Source: Azolla caroliniana (lineage: Eukaryota > Plantae > Polypodiophyta). From it: a stretch of DNA of 64,000 nt. Made by a program: the position numbers and the translations under genes. Of the stretch, positions 1 through 14,600 are shown piece by piece; within the stretch, counting starts at the first letter, position 1, and each line of letters opens with the position of its first letter. The stretch lies in contig JBHGNT010000001.1 of NCBI GenBank assembly GCA_043228905.1, forward strand, positions 33,604,001 to 33,668,000, written 5' to 3'. Below the pieces are notes generated by a model, which saw only the letters and a list, made by a program, of their open reading frames with translations, was not told where the DNA came from and ran no database searches.

Positions 1-2550
1 ATGAAGAAGAGGAAGAGGATGATGTTTACCTCTTGGCCAAGTCCTATTTTGACATGAAGGAATATAGGAGAGCTGCACATGTCCTGAATGGCGTTCTTGG
101 CAAAAAAGCTCTATTTCTACGTTGCTATGCAACCTATTTGGTGAGTGTCTTTAACAACAATCTCTTTTTCACTTGTCACAAGGGCTTGCTTTATAAACAA
201 TCATCTCTCTCTCTCTCTCTCTCTCTGACAGTTAATACACATATATGAGAGAGTAGAATAGGATAGATATTTTACTGTCCATCCAAGAGATTTCAATTCC
301 AAAAATTTGGGAGGAGCACATGGTAATCATTAGTGATAGAGAGACAGTGTAATAGAATAAATATTTTATCTTTTATCCAAGAGTATCCAATTCCAAAAAA
401 TTCGGGTAAGGGCATTTGCAATAGGAGTAGATAGTATTCTTTTGTGTGTGTGTGAGAGAGAGAGAGATAGAGAGAGATTGCCTCTGATAAATAGGCAGGT
501 GAGAAGAGAAAAGAAGAAGAGATAATTGAGTCAGCAGGCCCTCTTGGAAGAAGTGATGCAATGAACCCAGAATTACCAGCATTGGAGCTAGAGCTAAGCA
601 GGCTATACGCAAAAAGGGTACTTGATCCTTTTGGAATCTACTTATACGGCGTGATCCTACATGATCTTGACAGGAAAGCTGAATCACGGGCAGCTCTTTG
701 CATGTCTGTAAATGAATATCCATGGAATTGGAGTGCTTGGCTAGAGCTCCAATCATTGTGTACAGATCATGACAATTTGGCAACATTAGATCTACATGAT
801 CATTGGATGCGTGATTTTTTCGTTGCTAGCTTATACCTGGACATGCAAAGAAATACAGAAGGACTAGCTTGTTATCGGTCTCTTCATTCAGTTTTCCAGA
901 ACAGTGATTATATCTTATGTCAAACTGCAACAGCCCATTACAATTTACGCGAGTTTGATGAGGCAGAGAGCTTGTTTGAAGAGCTTCTCCGAACTGACCC
1001 TTATAGAATAGAAGGCATGGATACCTACTCCAACATCTTATATGTGAAAGAGTGCTTTGCAGCTTTAAGCCACTTAGCTCACAAGGCTGTATTGACTGAT
1101 AAGTATCGGCCAGAGGCATGTTGTATCATTGGAAATTACTACAGCCTTAAAGCTCAACATGAGAAGGCTGTTCTTTACTTCAAGAGAGCACTCAAGCTAA
1201 ATAGAAAGTATTTGTCGGCATGGACACTTATGGGGCATGAATATGTAGAGATGAAGAATACTCCTGCTGCTATTGATGCTTATCGTAGAGCTGTGGATAT
1301 TAATCCGAGGGACTATCGGGCATGGTATGGACTTGGCCAGACTTACGAGATTCTTGCAATGCCCTACTATGCTTTATACTACTATCGTAGAGCCACTCAA
1401 TTAAGACCTAATGATGCTCGGATGTGGTGTGCTATGGGGCAATGTTATGAAAATGAACAGTTGCAAATGCATGCTTCAGCAATCCGATGTTACCGAAGAG
1501 CGGTTAGTAACAATGATCGAGAAGGTATCGCATTACACAAACTTGCGAAACTACATAATCAGCTTGGACAAGCTGATCAAGCTGCTCATTACTACAAGAA
1601 GAACTTGGAAAGGATGGAGAGTGACCAGACTGAAGGAGCTGATATAGTAGAGGCTCTTGTGTTTCTTGCACACTATTGTAGAAGTCAAAACATACTTGCT
1701 GAGGCAGAGAAGTATTGCACAAGGCTGCTTGATTATGGAGGACCGGTAATGTTATTTTTTCATTGTCACCTATTATTATGTTTTTCTTTGATGCTGAACA
1801 CCAATTTTCTTTTATGAGGGATTGTAGTTGGTGTAAAATCTAATAAAAAATGCATGTCTCTTAAAGTAAAATGTTTTTTGTGGTTTAATCAATCAATCAA
1901 GGTATTAATAGGTCATATCCATGGGAGAGAAGAACCATATTCTAGGTGAATAGAACAAGGAGTACCTATGAAGATTATTATATCTTCGAAAAGAGTTTAT
2001 CTGGCATAGATTGATTTATTATTTGTAGGATCAACATTATAATATTTGGTTGGGAAGGAAATATTGTAGCAGAATTAGTACTTTGTCTTATAAAACTCCT
2101 TTAAATTTATGGCAAAATTCCCATGTGCGAAAATGAACTGAACCAATCAGTAAAAAGAACTTCTGATCATTTGGCATATTCTTATGAAAGTTCTGTTTAG
2201 CTTCTGTGACTTGATCTAAACATCATTATCTCTCTAGACTAAACGCCTACGACTTCATAAAAGTATATCTTAGCATGCGTAACACGATTGAAGGCATTAT
2301 ATTGTGTCTTCAGTATACAATAATGTTCATTTAAAAAGGTAATATTAAGATGTAAACTCTCTAGAGTAATGATGATTAATAAGTATTTTTCTAGTTTGTC
2401 TGATGATGTCTACCCTGTCTTTGTTTGTTTATGTGTGCATTGACATTTCAGACTAAAGAAGAGGCGAAGGCTTTGCTTCGTGACATACGAAGTGTACAAC
2501 AACATTCCTCGTTACAATCATCGATGGATTTTGAGCACTTCACACCATAA
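1..2550 (+). CDS. APC8: Anaphase-promoting complex subunit 8 (CDC23/APC8), TPR protein; 5' end outside window
   Basis: Exons <1..140 (LAKSYFDMKEYRRAAHVL..YL|gt), 495..1745 (ag|AGEKRKEEE...TPR array: DPYRIEGMDTYSNILYV, AWTLMGHEYVEMKNTPAAIDAYRRAVDINPRDYRAWYGLGQTYE) and 2452..2550 (TKEEAKALLRDIR...MDFEHFTP*). GT-AG introns, in phase. Confidence 0.95.
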
Positions 2551-4561
2551 ACAAATAAGATAAACAAAACAGTTTCTTTTTCATCTTCATCTTTTGAGAT
2601 TCTTGTGGGCTAACTTAACTCTATTGTAACAGATATGTATGTTTGAAAGCTCAATTCATCAATAGAGCTCATGTTGTATAATGTTCTTTGATTATTATGA
2701 GAAGTTGACGTGTTCCAATTCCTTTTTCTTTAACACATGGGTCCAATCCTCCATTTTTCTGAAGAAACTTTACCAGCTTTGTATATCTGGTAGATTATGC
2801 TGAAATTAACTTTCAAACAACATGACAGTTTGTAAAAAGCTATTTATGATACCAACTCTGGATGATTATTTTGTTGCATTTTGAATTGTATGCTATGTAC
2901 TTCACATTTGATTAAGGTCATCTTCCTATTCCTACATTCTATTAGAGGATTAGGATTGATAGTTTCCATTAACTCCTTACTGTGTCTCAATATTTTACCA
3001 TCCAATCCACACATAATCCCAGGTATGTAATGCTTAGATCCAAAGTATTTAATGCGCGCATAAAATAAAATAAAATAGAGATGTCTTTTATTATGTGATC
3101 AATCTAGTGATGGCCTAGACATAAATGTTTATAGAGGGTCAACAAAGACTAGGTTTACTTATAAAATCCAATGTTATTTTTATATTCCATTGTGTTGTCA
3201 ATTTAGTGATGATCTAGGTGTAAATGTTTATAAGAGGTCAACAAGAAAACTAGGTTTTACTTCATAAACTTAGTAGATATGCCTGTATTCTTTTGGAGTA
3301 AAGAGGCTAGTATTTGAACTTGGACACAATTCCAAAGCCAAAGAGACGGCCTTAGATTACATATTACTAGAGAAAAAGCTTTATGTGTGATAACGACAAA
3401 ACCAATTTTATGAACTCAAATTGATTGCGCACAGCAAATTGGTTCAGGCATACAATAAGATTTATTAAGCAAAGAGGCAACGTATGGTTTAGGGTATATT
3501 ACTAATTCATGTTGGGAAAATTGTTAGTGATGCCGTTAGATGTATTCTTTACTGTTGGTTGTGCCTAAACCTGTAATTGATGAAACAACCGCCACTTTGT
3601 ACTTTATTGATACTTCTAGGATCATATCAATACCCAAGAGTCAACTTAAGATCCATTATTACATTAACTTAGTATAGAAGTATTTTCAAATGTGAAAACT
3701 TATTTGAATATGTCAATACAATAATACATATTTATGTCAACACCCATATAGTTTGCGTACAAAAACAGCACTATAAGACTTGGTTTGATAGGGTTTGTTG
3801 CAATTTTTTGGACTTTATTACTTGGACATTAGTGATTATTATTGATTTGAGAAATGATGTATATGCTACTTAGGGAAACCATCTCTGATATGGAGGCTTG
3901 CAAAGGATTGACCAAACTCATTTGTGTGCTGCGTAATTTATGGAATACACTTTATGTTAATTATGTATTGGCCTGATGCTTCATGAATTGGGTTATGTTT
4001 TTTGGAGTCTCATATGAATTGAATAGTCTTCATCTGTAAACATTTGCACATACATGATGTATATCTACATGGCTCCTCTCCAATAAAAGCATGTAATCTG
4101 TTGGTTCAAACCCAAACAGTAACAAACTTCAGCATCACGATTGATTCACAAGACTAAGACTAAGTTAGAGAAACACAATGTTAGTAGTGTCATCATCCAA
4201 ACCCTTCAAATTGATCACAAAACATTATACCAATCTTCCCATTTAGTCCTATGCCTTTGATATCAATCGTTAAATAGCACTATTGTGACAAATGAATGCG
4301 GACTTGAAATGTACATGTTTCCAAGATAGACAAGAGACAAGTCGTGGACTTCAGCACAAAAAAACACTGCTTCACAATTTGTAAAAGCACTGTCCATTTA
4401 AATCTATAATGAAATTTGGATTCCAACACTTGTGAAAGAAAGAAAGAAAGAAAGAAATGAGCACTTGTCTTCTTAAGCACTCTTTTCACCAAATTTCAAA
4501 ACCAATCAACTTCTTTTTTTTCTCTTTATCTTGTACATCATTTCGTATTATAAGATGCATT

Positions 4562-6215
4562 TCATGTATGCTTGCTAAGAAATTCGCAAAGCATTTCCAC
4601 CAAATGGTAGAACAAATCTGAGTTTGGAAGTAAGAAGAAGCCTATTGTGGCTTGCTCGAGGAACATAACTTGCACTGATTTCCCTGCTTGTTTAAGACCA
4701 TTGACATAGTTGAGTTGCCAGTCTTGGAGCAAATCATAACCACCTATGATTACCAGACAAGTCGGGAGTGGTATATTGTGTAAGCGGGGCGCATTTATGG
4801 AGAAAGGATTGCTAGCTGGGTGATCTCTATTTGCACCTACAGGTAAAAAAGCTCTCCAATACCAATCTCTGTCCTTCACACTGACAAAATATTTTCCATC
4901 TAATGCCATCTCTGATGGTGTTCGTTCTTGGCCTCCAAACATGGGCATTAAGAGGATCGTCCCCGAAAGATGTAAACCCCTTTCTGCTGCCTGAACAGCA
5001 ACATGATGCACTATATTTCCGCCTGAGCTGTCACCTGCTAGAAAACACTTATGAAGAGGATTGCAACCTAATTGTGATAGGCAAGCCATTCCCTCCATAC
5101 CTTGTGCCCACTCTAAGCTTGTGACACCATCTTCGTAAGCACAAGGGTATCGATTCTCGGGTGCCCGCCGGAAATTCACAGATAAGATTACAACTCTGCA
5201 CATCTTAGCGAGACGTCTACACATAGCATCGTAGATCGCACTATTAGCTGATGAATGTGCAAAGCTACCGCCATGGAAATAAATCATCAATGGCTTGGAG
5301 GATAGTTGTCTTCCTTCTTGCCATTGCGGGTGATGATGATGATCATTGATTTCATGTGCTTCTTGATCTCCATCCACGTTGTGTGGTATCCGATCTTGAT
5401 TCATTTCACGTGTTATTCGATCTTCATCCATTTCATGTGGCATGTGGTCTTCTTCAATCTCTTCTTGATCGCATTCCCAAAAGATTCGACCCCATACACC
5501 TGTCTCCGGATCTATCAACACATCCATCGATGCTATTCCGTCCACGGGGATGAGATTCGCCGGTACATGTCTATCCAGGAACTCTGCCAGCTGGCGGTTG
5601 AATGTACCATCAGGTCTCCGGAGCAAGTTGTATGAAAGCTTGAAGTTGGAGATGAGAACCCATGTGCTTAAAGGCACTACAACCTGAAAGCATGACCCAT
5701 CAATCCATCATCCAACAGAAATCAAATAACAAAATGCTCACCAAAATGAAGAAGGTTGCGACTTCAAATACATGTACGCAGCAAGAATATGGTAGAGACG
5801 AACAGGAAGTTATATGAGAAAAAAATTTGCACATTGAAACGAATCCCAAAATGTATCCGCACAAAAACGGCCCAAAAAACGGAAGAACTCAAAATTAACC
5901 TGAATGCCCTTAGTACTCACAAAGTATGTAATCATAAGCTGTATTTTCGTAATTCTTGAAAGTTTAGGGAGTATCCTGGTAAATACCCAAAAGTGTAGAT
6001 GTGTTTTGGGTGTTTTCATTGCGTATTACAAAAATACCAGTACTTAATTTTAACGAATTAGCACAAAAAGAAAACAGAAAATCATGAGGTTAAAGAACTT
6101 TCATGGTCAAAACAATACCCAGGAAATCTGTGAATCAAAAGAATTTGCACAAAAAAACCAAGAAAATCACGAAGTAAATAAGGAAGAAAAGAACCTTAGA
6201 ATCTGGTGATAGCAT
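4562..6215 (-). CDS. GID1: Gibberellin receptor GID1
   Basis: Exon 1 6215..6195 (MLSPDSK|gt), exon 2 5683..4562 (VVVPLSTWVLISNFKLSYNLLRRPDGTFNR lid; HGGSF, SAIYD, GDSSGG, KYFV..DRDWYW, ATIGF with the catalytic His replaced by Ile). Typical GID1 two-exon layout. Confidence 0.95.
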
Positions 6216-6280
6216 TGGTGCAGATGAATAGAATTAAAACAGAGAGCGAGAGAAATGTCTGTGTTCTTTCTATTCCTTGA

Positions 6281-6298
6281 TGGCGGTGGCGGTGGTGG

Positions 6299-6330
<32 letters not shown>

Positions 6331-6335
6331 CAGAA

Positions 6336-6367
<32 letters not shown>

Positions 6368-6382
6368 TGATGATGATGATGA
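6281..6382. repeat. Compound (GGT)/(GAT)n/(AAG)n microsatellite just upstream of GID1
   Basis: Direct reading: gatgatgat... aagaagaag... gatgatgat. Confidence 0.9.
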
Positions 6383-6532
6383 GAAATGATCAGATCCGTA
6401 GGATGAAGAAGCCCATGTGTCTTTGTTTTAATTGTAACCTCTCCCTTCCTTCAGAAATCAACAAAGAGAGAAACAGAAGAAAGAAGAAGGATGGAGCAGG
6501 GAAAGGAAAAGTAGAAAGGGAATACAGATAAA

Positions 6533-6678
6533 ACTCTCTCTCTCTCTCTCTCTCTCTACGAATGAAAATCAGTCTCTCTGTGTGTGTGTGTTGAAATGTA
6601 GCTTTCATTCACTGTTTCTGAAATGACCAAAATACCCCTGGGGAAAATTACTGAAAATACCCCCCCCCCCCCCCCCCC

Positions 6679-6710
<32 letters not shown>

Positions 6711-6915
6711 TCATAGCTCTAGAGGAGGTGTTCTGCTCATGTAAGATGGTGGTGTGTATGTGCCGTAGAGCTAGTGGATGGATGAGGCTTCCTTCCCTGA
6801 AATAAAAAACAAGATCGAGAGGTTTCGAATCCTGCCCTTTCTTGTGGTCGTAAGCAGACAATATTCGGACAACCCTTGCCCTCCTTTTTCCTTCCCTCAA
6901 AAAGAAGGCGTTCGG

Positions 6916-6957
<42 letters not shown>

Positions 6958-7133
6958 AGAATCCAGATAAAGCATGGATAACACAAATGTGGCACATGTT
7001 TCGACCTATGGAGGGTCGGTAGCCGGGTAAACAATAACATGCATACGTGGCACATTCTCTGCCTTGATAGTGTGGCACATAATGTATATGGAATAGGTAG
7101 ATCTTTGCCTTCTCTCGGCGTTTTGTTTTTTTT

Positions 7134-7173
<40 letters not shown>
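6533..7173. repeat. CT/AG microsatellites and a ~22-nt poly-C tract in the GID1 upstream region
   Basis: (CT)n at ~6533-6557, 6683-6710 and 7136-7172; (AG)n at 6919-6956; C-run at 6660-6681. Confidence 0.9.
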
Positions 7174-7177
<4 letters not shown>

Positions 7178-10037
7178 CTAGTAAGAAGATAGACACGACA
7201 TTGTGAGGGGACAACACCAATAGTAGAAGAGAAGACTGATGTAACCTTGAGCCTAGATAGTAAATGAGTTATGTAGTGCCCTATGTTCATGAACATCAAC
7301 ATAAGTGGATATAACTGTAGTTTTAAAACATTAGTTTTTCATTCGTGTCTCAATGTATCTTATTGTGGAGCCCCTCAAAATGTATCAACTTTTGGTCACA
7401 TATGTCTTCAAGGCGTTCATCTGATGACTAGGTATGACTTTCAAGGATGCGAATGCGACTCTCTTAAGATGTTGAAACATGCGTGCATACGTGGCCATTT
7501 ATGCAAACATTAATCAGACCTATGTAATGACAAATTGAGTACATTATTTTGTCACTACACCTTGTCTAGATTTGAATTTGGCGATACACACATACAAGTG
7601 GACACACAATAATAAATGTAACTTATATAGTTCATAGAACCCTTGACTTGATTAAACCATGATATGGCTTTCGTCTCTTCAGAAACTTCATACCAAGGTT
7701 TTTACCACTTCTTCCAAGATTAACCAACCATCTTTAAGAATAGTGCACATATAGACAAAACAAGACAATTCATATCAAGCAATGAAACATGTGCACCAAT
7801 GTATGCCATCTTTAATTGTTTATATTATTGTCCATTGTTTTTGTACTACCAATATTGTATTTCCTTATGTCGTCTATGACATTATTGTGTATCCATGAAT
7901 AGATGTATTTGTGTATACATGCATGTATGTATGTAGTGTTATTGTATCATTAAGATATTCGGTTTGTACAGTAAACATATGTGTAAATGCACGCATCCAT
8001 ATATATTATTGGCACACATTGCTACATCATTTTGTCTGTAGTGCTGTTTTTTTGCATACACATGCTTATGCTCATAGCTCGATAAAAAAGAGGAAAGAGA
8101 TCGTACAAAGTTCAATATATGTATGCCCCAAAGAATAGAAAGTGTGTATAAACACATGGACTGCACTTCATTACCTACTTTATATCTTTTTTTCCTAAAA
8201 TTGCCTCCATTAAAACAATCATTGAAAGTCTCTTGATCAAAGAAAGTTGTCATGGCAGAAAATCCAAAGAATAATGCAAATTGTTTCCAAGCAATCGTAG
8301 AAACTCCTTAAAGATCGAGAAAAGGAAATATGGACACTTGCTTATGATTCATCCATGACACATGCATTTCTAACATTTCAATCAAGAAGATTTCCATGCT
8401 CTTTTTCCACCTATACTAAATCAAATGGTTAAACATCGAATTATTGTCATGTTATCTTTATGTAGAACGGAATGGAAACCAAGCTCCAAAAAGATTTCAC
8501 TAGGTAGCAAGAACAGAACAATCTATGTTTTACATCTAAAAACAACAAAGAAATAGGAGAAAACATGTTCATACCAACATATAAAGTGAGCACACAAGGT
8601 TTCCTTACGCAAGAGGTTATTAACATAATGGTCAACTCATCGTTTGACTTGTTCTTAGTTTCACATTATTATTATGTTTGATTCATTTGATGTTCCTTTT
8701 TTTCAAAGCAATACAAATACTAGCTTTCAATCGATATTCTGCTACCTTAATGAGCCACATAATCTCTAATCCATTTGAGTTCCAAGGCCTTGCTAAAGAT
8801 GATTGCCCATTGTCAAACAATACTCCAACCCCGCATTCTCAACCGAAATGAGCTCACATATGAAGTGGGATAAGGTCTAGTTTCCTGTTGCTTGCTCTAC
8901 CCACATGCAACACAACATTCTTGGGGATAACCATGTAAACTTGTTTCTCACATCTAATTTGCATTAGTTCCCCAAAATTTGCATTTAGATTTCCATTGAA
9001 ACCATCTTATACTTAAGTTTTGCTAACAAAAGTGAAATGCTTGACTACTTTCTTGTCAAGGAAAATATTTTGGAAACTAAGAGTATACATAATCCAAATG
9101 TTGTTTTGTTGTTCTTTGGATCTTACTTCAATCAAACATAGTGGATTGCATTACTTGGACATCTTTTAAAGCTCATAGTAGTGAAGAAAATCAATCAATA
9201 CGATCACACCAATTCTTGTTTCAATCTGCATAGAGCTTTATATAGCCTCCATGCTTTATTTCTTGAATTGCAACTCAAAACTTCATGCTTGCCCCATAAA
9301 TACCTATGTCAAGAATGCAAATTTGATTTGCCTATGTCATTTACCTAGTTTTATCTTATGACATTGCCAAGATCAAATGGATTGTTTTGAGCGTTGCAAT
9401 TTTAGCAAACAAATCCTCAAAACCCGTTGCATACCTTGATTTATCAACTTTGTACTTAGACTTTCAAACTCATAAAATTCTGATGATCCTTTTGTTTGGT
9501 CAATCTACTAAACTCCCACGTTTAGTAATGGTTTTAGTCTAAAATTCAAAATCCATAGCTTCTTTCTATTGTAAATGTAGCATTATAGTAAAGAACTTAA
9601 AGAATCAAGAATATAGTTCTATGCAACAAAAGCAATCAGACTATCTTTGAGAGTTTTTATAATCCCTGAGGTAAGATATGACCGATATGACTTTTGGCCC
9701 AAGTATATCTTGAAATTACACCTTAATAACCATTTGAGGGGGAAGGGGGTGAGAGAACTTAAATCTATAATGATTAGAACGTGAATAAGTTATCACACTC
9801 GTATCGTCCATACATCTAATGTGGGGGTAGACATTACACACATGTACCCAAAGGAGTGTGTGTTCGCATACACTATGTGCAGTTGAGCTTGACATCTTAG
9901 CACAACCCTTCAAGCTCAACTATGTTGTATGATTATTTGTACAATGAGCTTGGATTTCCTTCTCTTTCTTTTACCCTACACCTAAGTTGTTTATTTTTTA
10001 GAAAAAGTGTAGCTAGAGAAACTTAACATGAAATAGC

Positions 10038-11462
10038 TATGTTATGAATCAACAGTTACAACCTTTGTCGAGGCATTCAGTTCGAGGAAGTGCTATTATG
10101 TGCGATAATATGCAAGTGGCATTGGGACAATTTATGGCTTCATGGTCCCCCTCTAGCAATCAGATTTGGTTTGGTTATTTCTCTCCTCTAAAAGTGATTT
10201 TAGGAGCTAAAGTAACTAACACTATGGGTGATGTAATATACTTTAATGTGGATGATGATGGTAGGTTGTGGCATGTATTTTCTGAATCAGATGTGTGGAT
10301 ATCCGCCAATGTTTCAGCGATTCGAGTAGTTGCAAGATCGGGAAAAAAATGGCTCTTGGATCCACCATTTCAAGAATGCTTACGATGTTGTTCGTTGTGG
10401 GTTTTTCAAAAAAAGCCGCTTCATAATTTGGATTGGGATCCAGCTGATTATCAATGGAAAAAACCGAATGCTAATGGAAATGGTAAACACTTAGAGTTCT
10501 TTCAGTATTCAGTTAAGTTAGGTAGAAATTTATTATTGCAATCAAAGTATAAATGCCCGGCTGCCATGAAGCATTGGATTGCAAATAATGTGAATGAACT
10601 ACTACTTACAAAATTTTGGAAATGGTTGTGGAGTATGCAGTTGCCGAAAAAAGTTATTTGTTTTCGTTGGTTGTTGATACATTATGCTCTTCCTGTTGGT
10701 GATTGGTTGAGGCAAAATCAGCAATATGCTTGTGGAATGCATTGTGGTGAATCTACGGAATCTATTTTGCATTTGTTTTGGATGTGTCCCAAAATCAAGC
10801 AATTCTGGAGTAAGTTGTTTTTATTACTAAGAAACCACTATGCTCGTTCTACTTTCTCGTGGGGTGCAGTATTATGGGGTGTCCTTCATGGAGATGTTAT
10901 GAATTACGAACGTATGCATGCTTCTCATGTTTTTTACTTTTCCAATGGGTACATCTATCTCACTTCATTTCCATCTGTCATTCCTCGGTTTAGAACTGAA
11001 AATCTGGTTATTTGGCGTACTGTTACGTCACTAGCGCTGTGGACAATATGGAAAACGAGATGCGATGCTGTTTTTAATAATGCTCACATACATCTCAATA
11101 ATATGCTTATTGAATTCTGGTGGTTATTTGTCCACACCATACGTGGACAATATGATGATTTGCAGGGTACAACTAATGTTCAAAGGCAACGTCAAGTGGA
11201 CTTTAAGAAACGGTGGCGAGGTCTTCACTTATTTTCAGATACGTCTCCTGGTATGAAGTGGAATTATTCCATTCCTCCTTTTTTATTGCATAGCTTGTAG
11301 ATGGTGTTCCATTTGTTCCTATTGTGATATCATCTGTATCATCAGATGTTGGTATTAGGTTTTGTATTACAATAGAGGTGAGATGAAATGTCTCCCTCTG
11401 TTTTCTATATGTACATTTCTCAAGTAATTTACTAAGGTGTATCTTTTTAAAAAAAAAAAAAA
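10038..11462 (+). mobile_element. 5'-truncated L1-type LINE (family A): intact 418-aa ORF2 C-terminal part with zf-RVT, poly(A) tail
   Basis: FWKWLWSMQLPKKVICFRWLL..CGMHCGESTESILHLFWMC..WTIWKTRC; poly(A) ~11448-11462; perfect 13-bp TSD AACATGAAATAGC at 10025-10037 and 11463-11475. Confidence 0.92.
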
Positions 11463-11647
11463 AACATGAAATAGCCATAATATATTTCATTTTAGTTATG
11501 GCATACGATTTCACTCATAATAATGCTCTCATCATGATCTTGATGTGTAATTTCTCTCATACTTGATGTGAGATGAGAAGTTTTTGTATACAATCGACGC
11601 ATGACATTTGTGAGGACACTTGCAATAGACCTATGTAAGTGCATTTT

Positions 11648-14600
11648 GTTTTTGTTTTTTTAAAGAAGGTTCACCTTGGTATTAATGGAAAGATGCCAAA
11701 AGCCTAGAATGAATTCATACAATATGTTACAACCGTTATATCCACATCAACTAGAATGTCAAGTATCACAAGCCCTCATGGAAGTTGTTCCAAGACGGGG
11801 GTGGAAAAAGCCATCTTGGTGGAGCATATCTCCACTTTATTCTTTCTCCAAAAGAGATGAAAACCTCCGCGTTTTTCCAAATTTCTCGAAACTGTTGTTG
11901 TCTACGAATCACAACATCAGGCTCACCAGTTATTGCATCATATTGACCTCTTAAAGTGTGTACGAGCATTAACCATACCTCTTTGACTAAGTCAACCACC
12001 TTCTGTTTAACTTTCTGAAATACACATTTACATCTAGCCTTCCACAATACCCAAACGACTAGAGAAGATATCGTAGACCAGACCATATCCTCTTCCGAAC
12101 AACGAACTGATGTAATATCTGAGATCTCCAATACATGTCTCCCATCGGAGAGGAGAAGGAACTCACCATACTCCTTTTCATAGTTTTGAATTTCCTTAGC
12201 CAATCTTCCACATCTCACAAAACCCCATGTGTACACCTGCCTACCATAAATAGGATATAACATTCTCAACATTCTTTTCCAAACTATTCTAGCAATAGGA
12301 CATATCCATAAAACATGGTAAACCAATTCAATGGGAAAACCACAACTGTCACATTTTAAATCCTGACAATGTCCCCGCATCCATGACTTCACAGGAAAGA
12401 CATAATGTATCAACAACCATTTAAATAACACGACCTTTTTAGGAATTTGCATGGCCCATAACCATTTCCAATAAGCCTTCAACCAATAATCTGTTACATT
12501 ACCAAGTCTCCAAAATTTACAAGCTATTGGTGTAACAATCACACCTCTCCTTAGCATTTCTCTACCCATTTTTACCGAATATTGAAAGAATGGGATTTGC
12601 TTACCTAACATTCCTTGCGTTGATCTGATTTGCCATTTCCACTCACCAGGATCCCACAAAAGCCAATCAATGGGCTTAGTCTCATAGACCCATAAATTAG
12701 AGAGATTGTTTACATCATTTGGATGTGGGCTCAATATCCATTTTTTATCTTTCTTCCATAATACACGAATAGGCAACCTATTCCCTCGAGTTACAATTTC
12801 GTCTTCCACAAAGAGAGAATGCAGTCATCCACAAGACAAAACATCGAAGTACAAGCATTCGTGAGAGTTTTTATAACCCCTAACCCCCAATAATACATGT
12901 AGGGATGAAAACATATCATACCAAAACATACTAGTTTGAGAAGGTTGAAAGGAAGATATTGTAAAGACTCTACCCATTTCTGAATACATAATATTCCCTC
13001 CCCAAATTGCCCTACAAACTTGGGTTTTGTTTTCCATCGCTGAAGAAGAAAAAGTCAGCCAATTCCCAACTGACTTAGCTTCACCTTTATCAAAGTCAAC
13101 CCAATTCAACCTAGTTCTCTTCCCTAACATTACCCCATCTTCTGATGTAAATAGTGGGTTCAGTATGAGGGGTTGACGCAACCATTCCTCCTTACATGAT
13201 GGTGGAGATTGGATTAAGTATTGTTTCAAGTCTCACCATGCCTTCATGATACCCCGCAAAAATTTATTTTCGCGAAAAATATCGATGGACTGGTTAAAAT
13301 CTCTTAAAAACCACCATCTAATACTATCTTTCCAATTGCCATCGATAGAAAGCACAACTTTAACCATTCTCTGCCTTAAGATTTTTTTCCAAGGCTCCCC
13401 ACCAGGCAACAAACCTCTTATAATAAATTTCCCCACTAAAGCCTTACATTGTAAAAGAGGGTCAATCAAACCAAGACCACCTTCGTCCTTTGGAGTTGTA
13501 ATAACTTTCCAAGATACCTTGGCTCTCACATTGTACTTGCGATAAAGCAGAACATGAGCACAACCAAGCCGATAAAATGTACCACATGGAGGCCAACAAT
13601 ACTTGATTGGCAATGACAACCCTTCCTGCCAATGACAATTTAGCAGTATTCCAATATAACAATTTCTTCTTTATAGCAAGGAACAAAGGAGCTACATGAT
13701 CTTCCGGCGAAATATTAATACCTACCTGGCACCCCAAGTTTCTTATAGGTTTCCCAGTGGAATCCATTGAAACCCTTCTTCTTGTGGGCACCACAAAGGG
13801 TTTACTGTGTTACCTACCCAAAACCCCATCGATTTATTCCAATTAATAATAGTTCCCAAAGCATAGCAAAATGTATCGCTAGCATGTTGTACTCTAGAAA
13901 GATTGTCGTTAGAACCTTGCAAATACAAGGCTGTATCATCAACACATTGACAATCCACAACTTGCTCCTCTAACCATGGCCATTGTAGCCCTTTTATATT
14001 CATAGTATTACTTGTAAGAAAACTACCAAACGCTTCTCCAATCATCAAATATAAAAAAGGAGCCAACGGACATCCCTGTCTCACTGACCTCGAAATTACG
14101 AATGCTTGGCCTAACTCTTCATCTACTAATACCCTACTAGTAGCTGAGTTATAAAGAGTTAAGTCAGCTGTTAACCATTGATTAGGAAAACCCAACTTTT
14201 CCATGGTACCCCTTAAAAAAGACCAATCTACTCTGTCATAGGCCTTTTCGAAATCCAAGAATAAGATGACTAAATCGTCTTTCCTTTCTTGTGAAATTGC
14301 AACCGCTTCCCAAAATAAAAAAATGTTATCCAATATACTCCTATCTTGTAAAAATCTTGTTTGGGTGTTATGAATGATGTCTGATAAAAAAGGTTGCAAA
14401 CTCATAGCCAATAACTTAGCATATATTTTGTAAATAGTATTCAATATAGTTATTGGTCGCCACTTCCTAATATCAGCCACTACCCCTTCCAGCTTAGGAA
14501 TAAGATAAATCATGCCTTCGGTCCACTTACTAGGCATAAATCCAATGTCAAATACCTCCTGAAATGCTGCAGTAATATCAGTCCCAATAAACTCCCAATA

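Noticed and set aside
373-5635. Antisense and alternate-frame ORFs over APC8 and GID1 (also over PEBP and the methyltransferase)
   Set aside because: Shadow ORFs with no recognisable protein features.
6277-7220. Poly-M/K and SL/RE ORFs, and a short possible uORF (MGFFILRI*) upstream of GID1
   Set aside because: Microsatellite translations; the TSS is unknown, so a uORF cannot be supported.
8200-9550. Possible very old minus-strand L1 remnant (YLWGKH-like fragment near 9300)
   Set aside because: Too decayed to delimit or confirm by eye.
10044-11300. Intact 418-aa ORF as a domesticated host gene
   Set aside because: Bounded by a TSD and poly(A) and colinear with the LINE at 19013-23430; best explained as a young 5'-truncated insertion.
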